Assembly (NCBI GenBank): GCA_965261345.1
Contig: OZ253449.1
Location: 2,112,001-2,176,000, forward strand
Reading direction: 5' to 3'
Length of the DNA: 64,000 nt
From: Chloroflexota bacterium
GTDB taxonomy: Bacteria > Chloroflexota > UBA11872 > VXNJ01
Part shown: positions 30,198 through 39,325 of the stretch, one piece after another
Position numbering within the stretch: position 1 is the stretch's first letter
Layout: every line of letters begins with the position of its first letter
Notes under the pieces: model-generated
The model's database searches: none
What the model was told of the DNA's origin: nothing
Seen by the model: only the letters and a program-made list of their open reading frames with translations
Made by a program: the position numbers and the translations under genes

Positions 30198-30578
30198 ATG
30201 TCCTACCGACCGGCAAAAATTGCCTCGCAACTCTCTCGCGAACTGGGCCTGATCCTTGCCCGGGAGGTAAGCGATCCGCGACTCGCCAAGGTTGTGATCA
30301 CGCAGGTGACGGTGTCGACCGATCTAAAACACGCGCGAATTCTCTATGGCGCCCCGGGTGAACTTGCCGACTTGGATGGCCTGCCTCAGGCGATGGCCAA
30401 GGCATCCGGCTACTTGCGCTTCAAACTGGCCCGGGTCCTGCGGATCAGGATGGTCCCCGAGCTCGACTTTCGTCTCGACCGAGGCTACTGGGCCGGGATG
30501 GATGTGCTGGAATTGATCTCCAAACTGGAACGCGACGCCAATCCCTTAAGGACCGCGGACCCTGACGGGGGCGATTGA
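30198..30578 (+). CDS. rbfA: Ribosome-binding factor A
   Basis: SDPRL, VSTDLKHA, GYLR, RMVPELDF; position between infB and truB. Confidence 0.92.
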   Translation: MSYRPAKIASQLSRELGLILAREVSDPRLAKVVITQVTVSTDLKHARILYGAPGELADLDGLPQAMAKASGYLRFKLARVLRIRMVPELDFRLDRGYWAGMDVLELISKLERDANPLRTADPDGGD

Positions 30579-30582
30579 GGCA

Positions 30583-31527
30583 ATGCCGGCAAGCGGGCTG
30601 GTCGTGCCGATATACAAGGCGCGCGGTATGGGCTCCACCAGCGTAGTGGCGCAGCTCAAACGGGCCGGAAAATTTCCCAAGATCGGCCATGGCGGCACGC
30701 TTGATCCTCTCGCCGAGGGCGTACTGCCGATTTTGATCGGGCCGGCCGCGCGCCTGACTGACCAGCTGCACGAACTGACCAAATCCTATTTGGCGGCAGT
30801 TCTATTCGGGGTCGCCACCACCACCGAGGACCTGGCCGGCGAAGTCATTTCCAGCAGCCCGCAAACCCCGGCTCCCTACCAGGTTCGCAACGCCCTGAAC
30901 CAATTTGGCGGGACGATCCAGCAAATCCCGTCGGCCTATTCGGCGATCCATGTCAATGGCCGCCGGGCTCACCAATTGGCCCGGGCCGGCCAGGCGGTGC
31001 AGATACCGCCGCGAACGATCGAGATATTCGCTATTGGTGCCCGTGAATTTGCGGTTTGGTCAAATGCGCAGTTGGCTGCCTGTGGTCTAGGCGGACTGAT
31101 CGGTTCCCGCTCCGGGCGCCTGCTGGCGCTAATTGAAGTTGAGTGCTCCAAGGGGACCTACATCCGGGCGCTGGCCCGCGATTTGGGACAGGTCGTTGGA
31201 ACCGGCGCGGTGTTGGTTGGACTGCTGCGTACCCGGGTGGGGCCACTGGCGGCCAGCGATTGCCTTTCGCTGGCGCAGGCAAAAATCCTGGCCGCGCAGG
31301 GGGCGCTTCACGATGCCGGTTTCGCCGCGGACCGGTTGCTTGGCGATGTTGCCCCGCTGATCCTGCCCGCCCAGTCGGCCTACCGCTTTAGCAACGGGGT
31401 CCGGTTCACAGTCGACCACGCCCCGGGCCGGGTAAGGGTTTACAGCGATGACGGGCAATTCCTGGGCCTCGGCCAGATCGGCGAGGATCGCCGGCTGCGC
31501 CCGTGGCGGGTATTGGCGGCAGCCTAG
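30583..31527 (+). CDS. truB: tRNA pseudouridine(55) synthase
   Basis: IGHGGTLDPLAEGVL, QIPSAYSAI, CSKGTYIRALARDLG, LLRTRVG. Confidence 0.95.
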   Translation: MPASGLVVPIYKARGMGSTSVVAQLKRAGKFPKIGHGGTLDPLAEGVLPILIGPAARLTDQLHELTKSYLAAVLFGVATTTEDLAGEVISSSPQTPAPYQVRNALNQFGGTIQQIPSAYSAIHVNGRRAHQLARAGQAVQIPPRTIEIFAIGAREFAVWSNAQLAACGLGGLIGSRSGRLLALIEVECSKGTYIRALARDLGQVVGTGAVLVGLLRTRVGPLAASDCLSLAQAKILAAQGALHDAGFAADRLLGDVAPLILPAQSAYRFSNGVRFTVDHAPGRVRVYSDDGQFLGLGQIGEDRRLRPWRVLAAA

Positions 31528-31530
31528 AAA

Positions 31531-32493
31531 TTGCCAGACGCCGATGTCCTGGGCAAAACCGACCCGCTGCCGCCAAACCGTGGACTGGCGATTGCCGTCG
31601 GAAAGTTTGACGGGGTTCATCTGGGCCACCGCCAAATGCTGGCGGCGCTGCGGCGATTGGCCCGGCAGCACGGTCTTGATAGTTTGGCGATCGTGTTGGA
31701 CCCTCATCCGCTGGCGGTGCTATCTCCCGGGAATCAACCGAGCGCGATAAATTGTCCGGCCGATCGCCTCCTCCTGCTGGCCAGCCTGGACCTTGACTAT
31801 GTCAAATTGATGGAATTTGATGCACGGCTGGCCGCCAAATCAGCTCGCGACTTCATCGCCGAATTGACCGGTGCCGGGCTCAAATTGCTAGTTGCCGGAG
31901 CCAACACCCGGATCGGCCGAGCCGGCGCCGCCGGGCCCGAGCAGATCCGGGAAATCTGCCAGGAATTTGGCGTAGCGCTCGCGGTGGTGCCGATCGTGAG
32001 TGGCGACGTCAACCTGAGCACCGGTAATCTGCGGGCAAAGTTGGCGGCCGGCGACCTGGATGCGGTCGGCAGGATTACCGGCCGCCTGTACAGCTTGCAG
32101 TCAAAGGTCGTAGTGGGCGCTGGGCGTGGTTCGCAACTGGGTTTTGCGACCGCCAACCTTGTACCTGACCCGGCGTTGCAACTGCCGCCCGACGGTGTTT
32201 ACGCGGTAACTGCGCGATTGGCCGACCGACCGGAACTTTGGCCCGGGGTGGCCAATCTTGGCATCAGGCCCACCTTCGGCGGCGCGACGCAACTGCTGGA
32301 AGTTCACCTTTTCGACTACGAGAACGACCTGCGCGGAGGCGACCTGCGGGTGTTTTTCAAAAAGCGACTCCGCTCGGAAAAGCGTTTTGCCGGATCGGCC
32401 CAGCTGGTGGCCCAGATCAAGATCGATTGCGATCAGGCCCGGGCGATCCCCACCGGGAACCTGGATGGCTACCGACCGTGGGTGGCAGACTAG
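31531..32493 (+). CDS. ribF: Bifunctional riboflavin kinase/FAD synthetase
   Basis: GKFDGVHLGH, GFATANL, GVYA, NLGIRPTF, EVHLFD, LRSEKRF. Confidence 0.95.
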   Translation: MPDADVLGKTDPLPPNRGLAIAVGKFDGVHLGHRQMLAALRRLARQHGLDSLAIVLDPHPLAVLSPGNQPSAINCPADRLLLLASLDLDYVKLMEFDARLAAKSARDFIAELTGAGLKLLVAGANTRIGRAGAAGPEQIREICQEFGVALAVVPIVSGDVNLSTGNLRAKLAAGDLDAVGRITGRLYSLQSKVVVGAGRGSQLGFATANLVPDPALQLPPDGVYAVTARLADRPELWPGVANLGIRPTFGGATQLLEVHLFDYENDLRGGDLRVFFKKRLRSEKRFAGSAQLVAQIKIDCDQARAIPTGNLDGYRPWVAD

Positions 32494-33284
32494 CCCATCA
32501 GGTCCTCGCCGCCGTCTACCCCGATCACGTTACCGGTGATCCAATGGGCGCGCCGGTCACAGAGCAGCGAAATTGCCTCGGCCAGGTCGCCCGGTGTCGT
32601 GAGACGACCGCCCGGATTCAAGGCGGCCGAACGGGCCATCAGTTCCTGGTAGCCACGAATTTTTTCCAGTGCCGGGGTATGGGTTACACCTGCGCGCAAG
32701 GCGTTGACGGTAATTTCAAGCGGTCCGCATTCGTAGGCGAGGCGGCGAACGTGGGCCTCCAGGGCTGCCTTGACCGGCCCGACCGTCCCATAGTGCGGCC
32801 AGATCCGGGTGCTTCCGGCCGAAGTCATGGCAAATACCCGGCCCCCGCGGCCTAGCAGTTCTGCTTCAACCAGTCCGCGCGTCCAGTAGACGAGCGAGTG
32901 GGCCATAACGTCGAAGGTCATCTCAAGCTGGCGGCTAGATATCTGGCGGCCGTCTTCGTCGGCAAAGTAGGGCAAGAGGTTGCCGAAAGCCAGTGAATGA
33001 AGCAGGACCTTGACCGGCGGGAGTGATCGTTCGGAGGCAATTTCGGACATTGCGGCGATAGCTTCAACCCGTACCGACTCGTCGGCCGCGTTGGCGTTGA
33101 AGAATTCGGCCCGCACTCCGCAATGAGTTATCGAATCGCGGATTTTTGCCACCGCCGGCATGGTGGCGCGGCGATCCAGGTGAAATCCGAATATGTTGTA
33201 CCCGTCGCTGGCCAGTTTTTGGGCGGCGGCGGCGCCGAAACCGGACGAGACGCCAAGGACTACTGCCCATTGCGGTTGGCTCAA
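32490..33284 (-). CDS. Enoyl-ACP reductase-like SDR (FabL/FabI-like)
   Basis: LGVSSGFG, HSLAFG, YGTVGPVKAALE (Yx6K), VNALRAGVTHTPAL, WITGNVIGVDGG. Confidence 0.75.
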   Translation of the reverse strand: MSQPQWAVVLGVSSGFGAAAAQKLASDGYNIFGFHLDRRATMPAVAKIRDSITHCGVRAEFFNANAADESVRVEAIAAMSEIASERSLPPVKVLLHSLAFGNLLPYFADEDGRQISSRQLEMTFDVMAHSLVYWTRGLVEAELLGRGGRVFAMTSAGSTRIWPHYGTVGPVKAALEAHVRRLAYECGPLEITVNALRAGVTHTPALEKIRGYQELMARSAALNPGGRLTTPGDLAEAISLLCDRRAHWITGNVIGVDGGEDLMG

Positions 33285-33451
33285 CGATTGATCACTTAAT
33301 CTGTCGCCTTTAATTTGTGGTACCCGAGAATTCCGCGCGCCGTTTCGCCACTGCCGATGGCCGCCGGGCGCATTGGCACTTTACGCGATTGACCGCGTCG
33401 ATGGTTTCTGCTTTTAACTGCACCAGCGCGATCGGCCCAGGCCGATCGCGG

Positions 33452-33523
33452 AGCCGACGGTGGGAATCGAACCCACAACCTGAGCTTTACGAAAGCCCCG
33501 CTCTACCCTTGAGCCACGTCGGC
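33452..33523 (-). tRNA. tRNA-Thr(CGT), CCA not encoded
   Basis: GCCGACG acceptor stem, GGGCT-TTCGTAA-AGCTC anticodon arm, GTTCGATTC T loop; followed by a GC hairpin at about 33427-33450. Confidence 0.93.
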
Positions 33524-34432
33524 GCTTGAAGCAGTCGATTTTAGGGTTGGCTTGATGCCCCTCAGCCAGCGCTCGATCAACTCGGCCGCCCCGTCGCTCT
33601 CGGGGCCGGGGATTGCCCAATCAGCGGCTGCCAATACCCTGGAATTGCCCCCCGCGACGGCGATTCCGGTCCCGGCCCAGGTGATCATTTCCAGGTCGTT
33701 GACGTCGTCGCCGACCGCCGCTACTCGTTCGCGGGCAACCCCGAGGCGTTCGCAAAGCCAGGCCAGGGCCGAACCCTTGGAAGCGTCGGCGTTGACAAAT
33801 TCAAGCACCGCCCCGCGATAGCGTTCGCTGTTCCAGGTCATCGACCGGACGATGCCCGAAAGTCGTGAATCGATCCCTGCCTGCAAACTTTCAAGGGCCG
33901 ACGACTGGCCAAAACAGACCAGTTCCATTGCCTCGTCCAGATCGTCAAAATTGGCGTTTTCCACGAATGCCGACGGATTGGGGCGCGAATACAGTTCCAG
34001 CTGCGGATTCCCCGCAATCTCGCCGAAGACATAGAGCTTGCGGCTGCGCTCGGGAGTGTCATACCAAACCGGAATAACGCCGTGGGATATTGCGGCGCGA
34101 CTGACTGCCACCGCGGCCGAGTGGGCGATGTATCGTCGGTAAATTATTTCTCCAAAACACTCCGGCCGCAGGCTCCGCAGCGCCGCCCCGCTGCTCTGGA
34201 TGAGGTAATCGCCGGCGCCCAGCGGTTGCAGGACCACTTGGGCGGTCCGCCAACGCCGGCCGGTGGCGATAACCAAGGTGATGCCGGCCTTGCTGGCCGC
34301 GCGGATCGCGGCGATCATGCGCGCGGACAGCCGGCCGCCGCTGGGCATTAAGGTCCCGTCAATATCGAGCGCCAGTAATGCGGGCGGGGGTGCTTTGGCA
34401 GGCAGGCGGATGCGGCGGGCGAGCGGGATCAA
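33503..34432 (-). CDS. Cof-type HAD-IIB hydrolase
   Basis: ALDIDGTL, IATGR, SKGSAL, VGDDVNDLEM. Confidence 0.88.
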   Translation of the reverse strand: MIPLARRIRLPAKAPPPALLALDIDGTLMPSGGRLSARMIAAIRAASKAGITLVIATGRRWRTAQVVLQPLGAGDYLIQSSGAALRSLRPECFGEIIYRRYIAHSAAVAVSRAAISHGVIPVWYDTPERSRKLYVFGEIAGNPQLELYSRPNPSAFVENANFDDLDEAMELVCFGQSSALESLQAGIDSRLSGIVRSMTWNSERYRGAVLEFVNADASKGSALAWLCERLGVARERVAAVGDDVNDLEMITWAGTGIAVAGGNSRVLAAADWAIPGPESDGAAELIERWLRGIKPTLKSTASSADVAQG

Positions 34433-34543
34433 TTGCGTGGTCGAACGTTGAGCCCGCGATTATCGACCGGTTCCGGGGATGATGCCTAAATTGGCAAACT
34501 TGAATCTGGCGGAATGACAGGAATTGGACGCAAAGGACTTGCA

Positions 34544-36070
34544 ATGTATCTGGGCGTAGACATCGGAACCCAGGGGTCACGGGTAATCGCCATCAACGCG
34601 GCCGGTCACCTGCTGGGTTCGGCCGCCGGTGAACATGATCTGGCCACTCCCGCACCGGGTTGGACCGAACAGGATCCCGACCAGTGGTGGCACGCGGTGA
34701 AAACGGCGTTCGCCAAGCTAGGAGAACAGGTCGATTTGTCGGCAGTTACCGGTATTGGGCTAACCGGTCAGATGCACGGGTCGGTGTTTCTCGACGAATC
34801 GGGCCGGGTGATCCGGCCGGCCCTGCTCTGGAACGACCAGCGCACCGCGGCCCAGGCCGAACAGATGCAGGAGCTGGCCGGATCGCAATTGCTCGAAATC
34901 GCCCTCAGCCCGGCGATGACCGGGTTTCAGGCTCCCAAGATTCTTTGGCTCAGGGACCACGAACCAGAAAACTTTGCTCGCATTGCGACGGTCCTGCTGC
35001 CCAAGGACTACATCCGATTTCGCCTCAGCGGGAGGCGAGCGACCGACGTAGCCGATGCCTCGGGGGTTCTGCTCCTGGACGTTGCGCGCCGCCGGTGGTC
35101 AGAACAGCTGCTAACGGCCTTCGGAATTCCCCGGCAGTGGCTCCCCGAGGTCTTTGAGGGGCCGGCTGATACCGGGGCGATCGACGGTGCGGTCGCGCGC
35201 GAGCTGGGACTGCCCGAGGGCATTCCGATAGCCGCGGGCGGCGGCGACAACTCGGCGTCTGCGATCGGCACCGGAATTATCAAGCAGGGCGTGGTGTCGG
35301 TCAGCATCGGTTCCAGCGGGGTAGTGTTTGCCCATTCGCAACGCCCGATCGCCGACCCGGCCGGCCGCATCCACACGATGTGCCACTCAGTTCCGGGCGC
35401 GTTTCACTATATGGGCGTCATACTTTCCGCCGGCATGTCACTGCGCTGGCTGCGTGATCTGCTGCTGGACCCGGCATACGGTGGCAGGCCCCCGATCGCC
35501 GGCGATTCCTACGGACCGCTTACGGCCGCCGCCGGGAGCGCCCCGCCGGGCGGCGAGGGCTTGCTATTCCTGCCCTATCTGGCGGGAGAACGTACTCCAC
35601 ACCTTGATCCCGATGCCCGCGGCGCGCTGGTGGGATTGACCTTGCGTCACTCGCTGGGCCACGTTGCCCGGGCGGTAATCGAGGGGGTTACCTTCGCGCT
35701 GGCCGAAAGCCTGGACCTGATCGCCGAACTGGGAGTTGACACCGATCGGGTAATTGCGACCGGCGGCGGCGCGCGGTCAGATTTGTGGCTAAGGATCTTG
35801 GCCACGGTGCTGGATCGCCCGGTGCAAAGGGCCGCTGTCGAGGAGGGCCCGGCGTACGGGGCGGCCATTCTGGGGTCGGTTGTAGGGGGCGGCCACCACA
35901 GCGTCGAAGAGGCGGTGGCGGTCTGCGTGCGCTACGGCGAATCGATCGAGCCCGATCGGTCGCTGGCGCCCATCTACCACGACTACTACCGTGCGTACCG
36001 CGATCTCTACCGCGAGCACCTGCAAGCCCCCTCGCACCGGCTCGCCGGATTGGCGCGCGGCGATGGGTAG
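34544..36070 (+). CDS. xylB: Xylulokinase (FGGY carbohydrate kinase)
   Basis: YLGVDIGT, GLTGQMHG, LWNDQR, LLPKDY, GGGDN, LPYLAGERTPH, GGGARS. Confidence 0.85.
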   Translation: MYLGVDIGTQGSRVIAINAAGHLLGSAAGEHDLATPAPGWTEQDPDQWWHAVKTAFAKLGEQVDLSAVTGIGLTGQMHGSVFLDESGRVIRPALLWNDQRTAAQAEQMQELAGSQLLEIALSPAMTGFQAPKILWLRDHEPENFARIATVLLPKDYIRFRLSGRRATDVADASGVLLLDVARRRWSEQLLTAFGIPRQWLPEVFEGPADTGAIDGAVARELGLPEGIPIAAGGGDNSASAIGTGIIKQGVVSVSIGSSGVVFAHSQRPIADPAGRIHTMCHSVPGAFHYMGVILSAGMSLRWLRDLLLDPAYGGRPPIAGDSYGPLTAAAGSAPPGGEGLLFLPYLAGERTPHLDPDARGALVGLTLRHSLGHVARAVIEGVTFALAESLDLIAELGVDTDRVIATGGGARSDLWLRILATVLDRPVQRAAVEEGPAYGAAILGSVVGGGHHSVEEAVAVCVRYGESIEPDRSLAPIYHDYYRAYRDLYREHLQAPSHRLAGLARGDG

Positions 36071-36521
36071 GCCGATCGAGGGTGAGTTGCCCGCCGTCGG
36101 AAACCTGATCCCGCAGCGCCCGCCCTTCCTTTTCATCGACCGGCTGGTGGAGCTGGATGCCCCGCGCCGGGTGGTGGCCGAATACCTGGTCCGCGGCGAC
36201 GAATTTTTCTTTGCCGGTCATTTCCCGGGCAACCCGGTCCTACCGGGCGTGATCATGGTCGAAGCGCTGGCCCAGACCGGAGCGTGCCTGGCCATGGCGA
36301 TTCCGGCTAACCGGGGCAAACTTGCGGTGTTTGCGGGAATCGACGGCATGCGGTTTAGGAGCCTTGTCCGGCCGCGCCAGCAATTGACGATGACGGTCAC
36401 GGTTGAGCGCCTGCGCTCGCGACTGGGCCGCGGCACCGGCCAGGTAATGGCCGATGGCAAACTGGCCTGTTCGGGACAACTCTCATTCGCCCTGGTGGAT
36501 GCCGCAACGGCCCGGGTTTGA
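36063..36521 (+). CDS. fabZ: 3-hydroxyacyl-ACP dehydratase
   Basis: IPQRPPFLFID, FFAGHFPGNPVLPGVIMVEALAQ. Confidence 0.92.
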   Translation: MGRPIEGELPAVGNLIPQRPPFLFIDRLVELDAPRRVVAEYLVRGDEFFFAGHFPGNPVLPGVIMVEALAQTGACLAMAIPANRGKLAVFAGIDGMRFRSLVRPRQQLTMTVTVERLRSRLGRGTGQVMADGKLACSGQLSFALVDAATARV

Positions 36522-37642
36522 TCGCCGGGAGGCGGCGCCGGGCCACCTCGGAATTGGCGGTTTCGCCGCTGTATAAGGCACTCGCGCCAGCCTTTGCCCG
36601 GGCCCGGCGACGGGTTCCGCCGGCTTTTGATCGGCCTGCCAGGTTGCTGGTGGTCAAGCCGGGCAGTCTCGGCGACCTGCTCCTCGCCGGTCCCTTCCTC
36701 GCCTCGCTGCGTGGGGCGTATCCGCATGCTCATATCGCCCTGGCGGTTGGAAGCTGGGCCCGCCCCGCCGCCATTGGTAACCCCAATCTCGACGAAATCA
36801 TCGATATCGGTCCGGTGGGGACCCCGGGGGCCTATGGCTGGCGCGAGGTGGCTTCCCTGGTCCGAAAAATCGCGCGCGTGGACTTTGGCGCTGCTTTCGT
36901 GCTGGATCGTTCGCCGATGATGGGCGCCCTGCCCTGGTTGGCCGGAATCCCGTTGCGGATTGGATTGGACAGCTCGGGTCGCGGCTTCAGCCACACGCAT
37001 AGGGTGGCCGTACCTCCCGGTCGCCATGAATCGGAGCTGTACCAGGACGTTGCCAGGCGCATCGGGATCACCGCTCAATGGCCGAGGCGCTGGTTTTTCC
37101 CTGACCCGGCGGTGCGCCGCCGGATGGTCGCGCGGTTGGGTAGGCCGGACCCGGATATTTCCGGATACCTGGTGGTGGCACCGGGCGGCGGCGTCAATCC
37201 AGGGGCCCGACGGACCGAAAAGCGGTGGCCCCCCAGCGGCTTTGCCCAGGTGGCCGGCGAGCTCGGCCGGAAGGCCGGGCTGTGCCCGGTGCTGGTTGGT
37301 GATGAAGCCGATTCCGATGCGGTATCGAGGGTCGCGCACCTCATCGACGGGCGGGCCGTTGATCTGTCGGGCAGGCTCGACTTTGGCGAATTGGCAGCCT
37401 TGCTCGAGCACTGTCGATTGTTCATCGCCAACGATTCGGCTACCGCCCACTTGGGCGCCGCGGTGGCGGCGGTCGGCACGGCGATATTTACGGTAACCGA
37501 TCCGCTCGTGTATGCCCCGCCGTCAACTGCGGTAGCCGTGATTGACGCACGCTCGGGCGGTCCGGTTGCCGAGCGTGCGATAGCCGCCCTGCTGGCTGGT
37601 TGGGGCGACGCAAAAGGGGCTGGGTTCCCGCGCCTCCTATAA
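36518..37642 (+). CDS. Glycosyltransferase family 9 (heptosyltransferase-like)
   Basis: SLGDLLL, APGG...KRWP, DLSGRL, FIANDSATAHLGAA. Confidence 0.85.
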   Translation: MIAGRRRRATSELAVSPLYKALAPAFARARRRVPPAFDRPARLLVVKPGSLGDLLLAGPFLASLRGAYPHAHIALAVGSWARPAAIGNPNLDEIIDIGPVGTPGAYGWREVASLVRKIARVDFGAAFVLDRSPMMGALPWLAGIPLRIGLDSSGRGFSHTHRVAVPPGRHESELYQDVARRIGITAQWPRRWFFPDPAVRRRMVARLGRPDPDISGYLVVAPGGGVNPGARRTEKRWPPSGFAQVAGELGRKAGLCPVLVGDEADSDAVSRVAHLIDGRAVDLSGRLDFGELAALLEHCRLFIANDSATAHLGAAVAAVGTAIFTVTDPLVYAPPSTAVAVIDARSGGPVAERAIAALLAGWGDAKGAGFPRLL

Positions 37643-37660
37643 TTTCGCGCTCCTTGATCT

Positions 37661-37744
37661 GGAGGGGTGGCCGAGTGGTTTAAGGCGGTGGTCTTGAAAA
37701 CCACTAACCGATGAGGTTCGTGGGTTCGAATCCCACCCCCTCCG
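37661..37744 (+). tRNA. tRNA-Ser(TGA), CCA not encoded
   Basis: GGAGGGG/CCCCTCC acceptor, GTGGT-CTTGAAA-ACCAC anticodon arm, long variable arm, GTTCGAATC. Confidence 0.95.
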
Positions 37745-37761
37745 CCCTCCAGCGTCGGCAT

Positions 37762-37855
37762 GGAGGAGTCGCATAGTTGGTCTAGTGCGGCCGCCTGCTA
37801 AGCGGTTACCCGGCTTTTAACCGGGTCGCGGGTTCGAATCCCGCCTCCTCCGCCA
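37762..37855 (+). tRNA. tRNA-Ser(GCT)
   Basis: GGAGGAG/CTCCTCC acceptor, GCCGC-CTGCTAA-GCGGT anticodon arm, long variable arm, encoded CCA. Confidence 0.95.
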
Positions 37856-37959
37856 TCCCCGTCACGGTCGCGATCCGGGACGGGCACTAAGCGGCCGGGA
37901 AACCGCGCCCCGGCAATCGCCTTTCCGTCTTCTGCTAAATTGCCGGTTTCGCCGGTGGC

Positions 37960-39309
37960 CTAACCCGGCCCGCGAAATCGAATTCCAGAGGGCGATCGTT
38001 CCGGGACGCCGAGTGCCGGGCGCAGACGACCGCCGCCGGCAATTCCAGCCCAACCCGCGTAGCCGGCCTGATTTTCGAGCTGTTCGGCGATGCGAAGGAG
38101 CTGGTTGTATTTGGCGCCGCGCTCGGAACGGGCCAGCGAACCGATCTTTATCTGTCCGGCGCCGGTGGCCACGGCGATGTCGGCGATCGTGGAATCTTCG
38201 CTCTCACCGGAGCGGGCCGAAACGATCGTGGCCAGACCAGCCTGTTTGGCGCGCAGCAGCGTGACCAGGGCTTCGCTTAGGGTGCCAATCTGATTGATTT
38301 TTATCAGGATCGCGTTGGCCGCGCGCTCCTTTATCCCACGCTCGAGCCTTGCCAGATTGGTGGTGAACAGGTCGTCGCCCAAAATCTGCACCGATTTCCC
38401 CAGGGTGGCGTTCAGGGTGGTCCAGCCGGCCCAGTCATCTTCGGCCAGGCCGTCCTCTACTGATGCGATCGGGTACTGCTGGCAAAGCCGATCGATCAGG
38501 CTGACCATTTCGGGCGCGCTGAGGCGGCGTTTTTCGGCAGCCAGGACATATTTGCCGTCGGCGTAAAAATGCTGGGCGGCGATGTCTAAGCCGATCGCCA
38601 TCTGCCGGCCCGGAGTGAGCCCGGCGCTCTCGATGGCCTCAACTAGCAGCTCCAGGGCGGCCTCGTTGCTGGCCAGCCGTGGGCCGAATCCGCCCTCGTC
38701 GGCCAGCAGCAGCGAATGACCCCGGGCCTCGAGCAGATCGGCGACGGATGATCGCACCGCGGCAACCCATTCGAGGGCCTGGCCGATAGATTCGGCGCCG
38801 GCCGGGATCACCAGGTAATCCTGGAAATCGAGTTTTCGACCTGCGTGCAGACCACCGGAGATGATGTTGATCATCGGAGTAGGCAGTGACGGCGTAAACC
38901 CCATCAAGGCAAGATACTGGTGCAATTTGAGGCCGGCCGCCGCCGCCGCCGCACGGGCGGCGGCCAGCGAGACGCCAAGTAGCGCGTTGGCGCCGAGGCG
39001 GACCTTGTTGGGGGTGCCGTCGAGGTTTATCAGCGCCTGATCGATTTCGTCCTGTTCGGCGCAATCCATCCCGGTAAGGTGCTGGGCGATTTCGCCGTTT
39101 ACATTGGCGACTGCTTTTTGGACCCCGTAACCGCGGTAACGAGCTGGGTCGCCATCGCGCAGCTCGTGGGCTTCGTGCGTTCCGGTCGAGGCCCCTGAAG
39201 GCACGATTGCTCGCCCGAATCCCCCGTCGCAGGCCAGGTCGACCTCGACGGTAGGGTTGCCGCGCGAGTCGAGCACCTCACGGGCGCGCAGCGATCGAAT
39301 TAGCGGCAT
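37960..39309 (-). CDS. eno: Enolase homologue with atypical active-site residues
   Basis: REVLDSRGNPTVEV, PSGASTG, DEGGF, GDDLF, LIKINQIGTL, QIKIG, RSER.AKYNQLLRI; start ATG 39309. Confidence 0.85.
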   Translation of the reverse strand: MPLIRSLRAREVLDSRGNPTVEVDLACDGGFGRAIVPSGASTGTHEAHELRDGDPARYRGYGVQKAVANVNGEIAQHLTGMDCAEQDEIDQALINLDGTPNKVRLGANALLGVSLAAARAAAAAAGLKLHQYLALMGFTPSLPTPMINIISGGLHAGRKLDFQDYLVIPAGAESIGQALEWVAAVRSSVADLLEARGHSLLLADEGGFGPRLASNEAALELLVEAIESAGLTPGRQMAIGLDIAAQHFYADGKYVLAAEKRRLSAPEMVSLIDRLCQQYPIASVEDGLAEDDWAGWTTLNATLGKSVQILGDDLFTTNLARLERGIKERAANAILIKINQIGTLSEALVTLLRAKQAGLATIVSARSGESEDSTIADIAVATGAGQIKIGSLARSERGAKYNQLLRIAEQLENQAGYAGWAGIAGGGRLRPALGVPERSPSGIRFRGPG

Positions 39310-39325
39310 TTGATTTGGACACCTT

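Noticed and set aside
36218-37450. 410-aa antisense ORF over fabZ/GT9, and many similar shadow ORFs
   Set aside because: Expected in high-GC DNA opposite real genes; no recognisable motifs
37661-37960. tRNA-Ser pair as an integration site
   Set aside because: No adjacent integrase and no duplicated tRNA 3' end seen in the window
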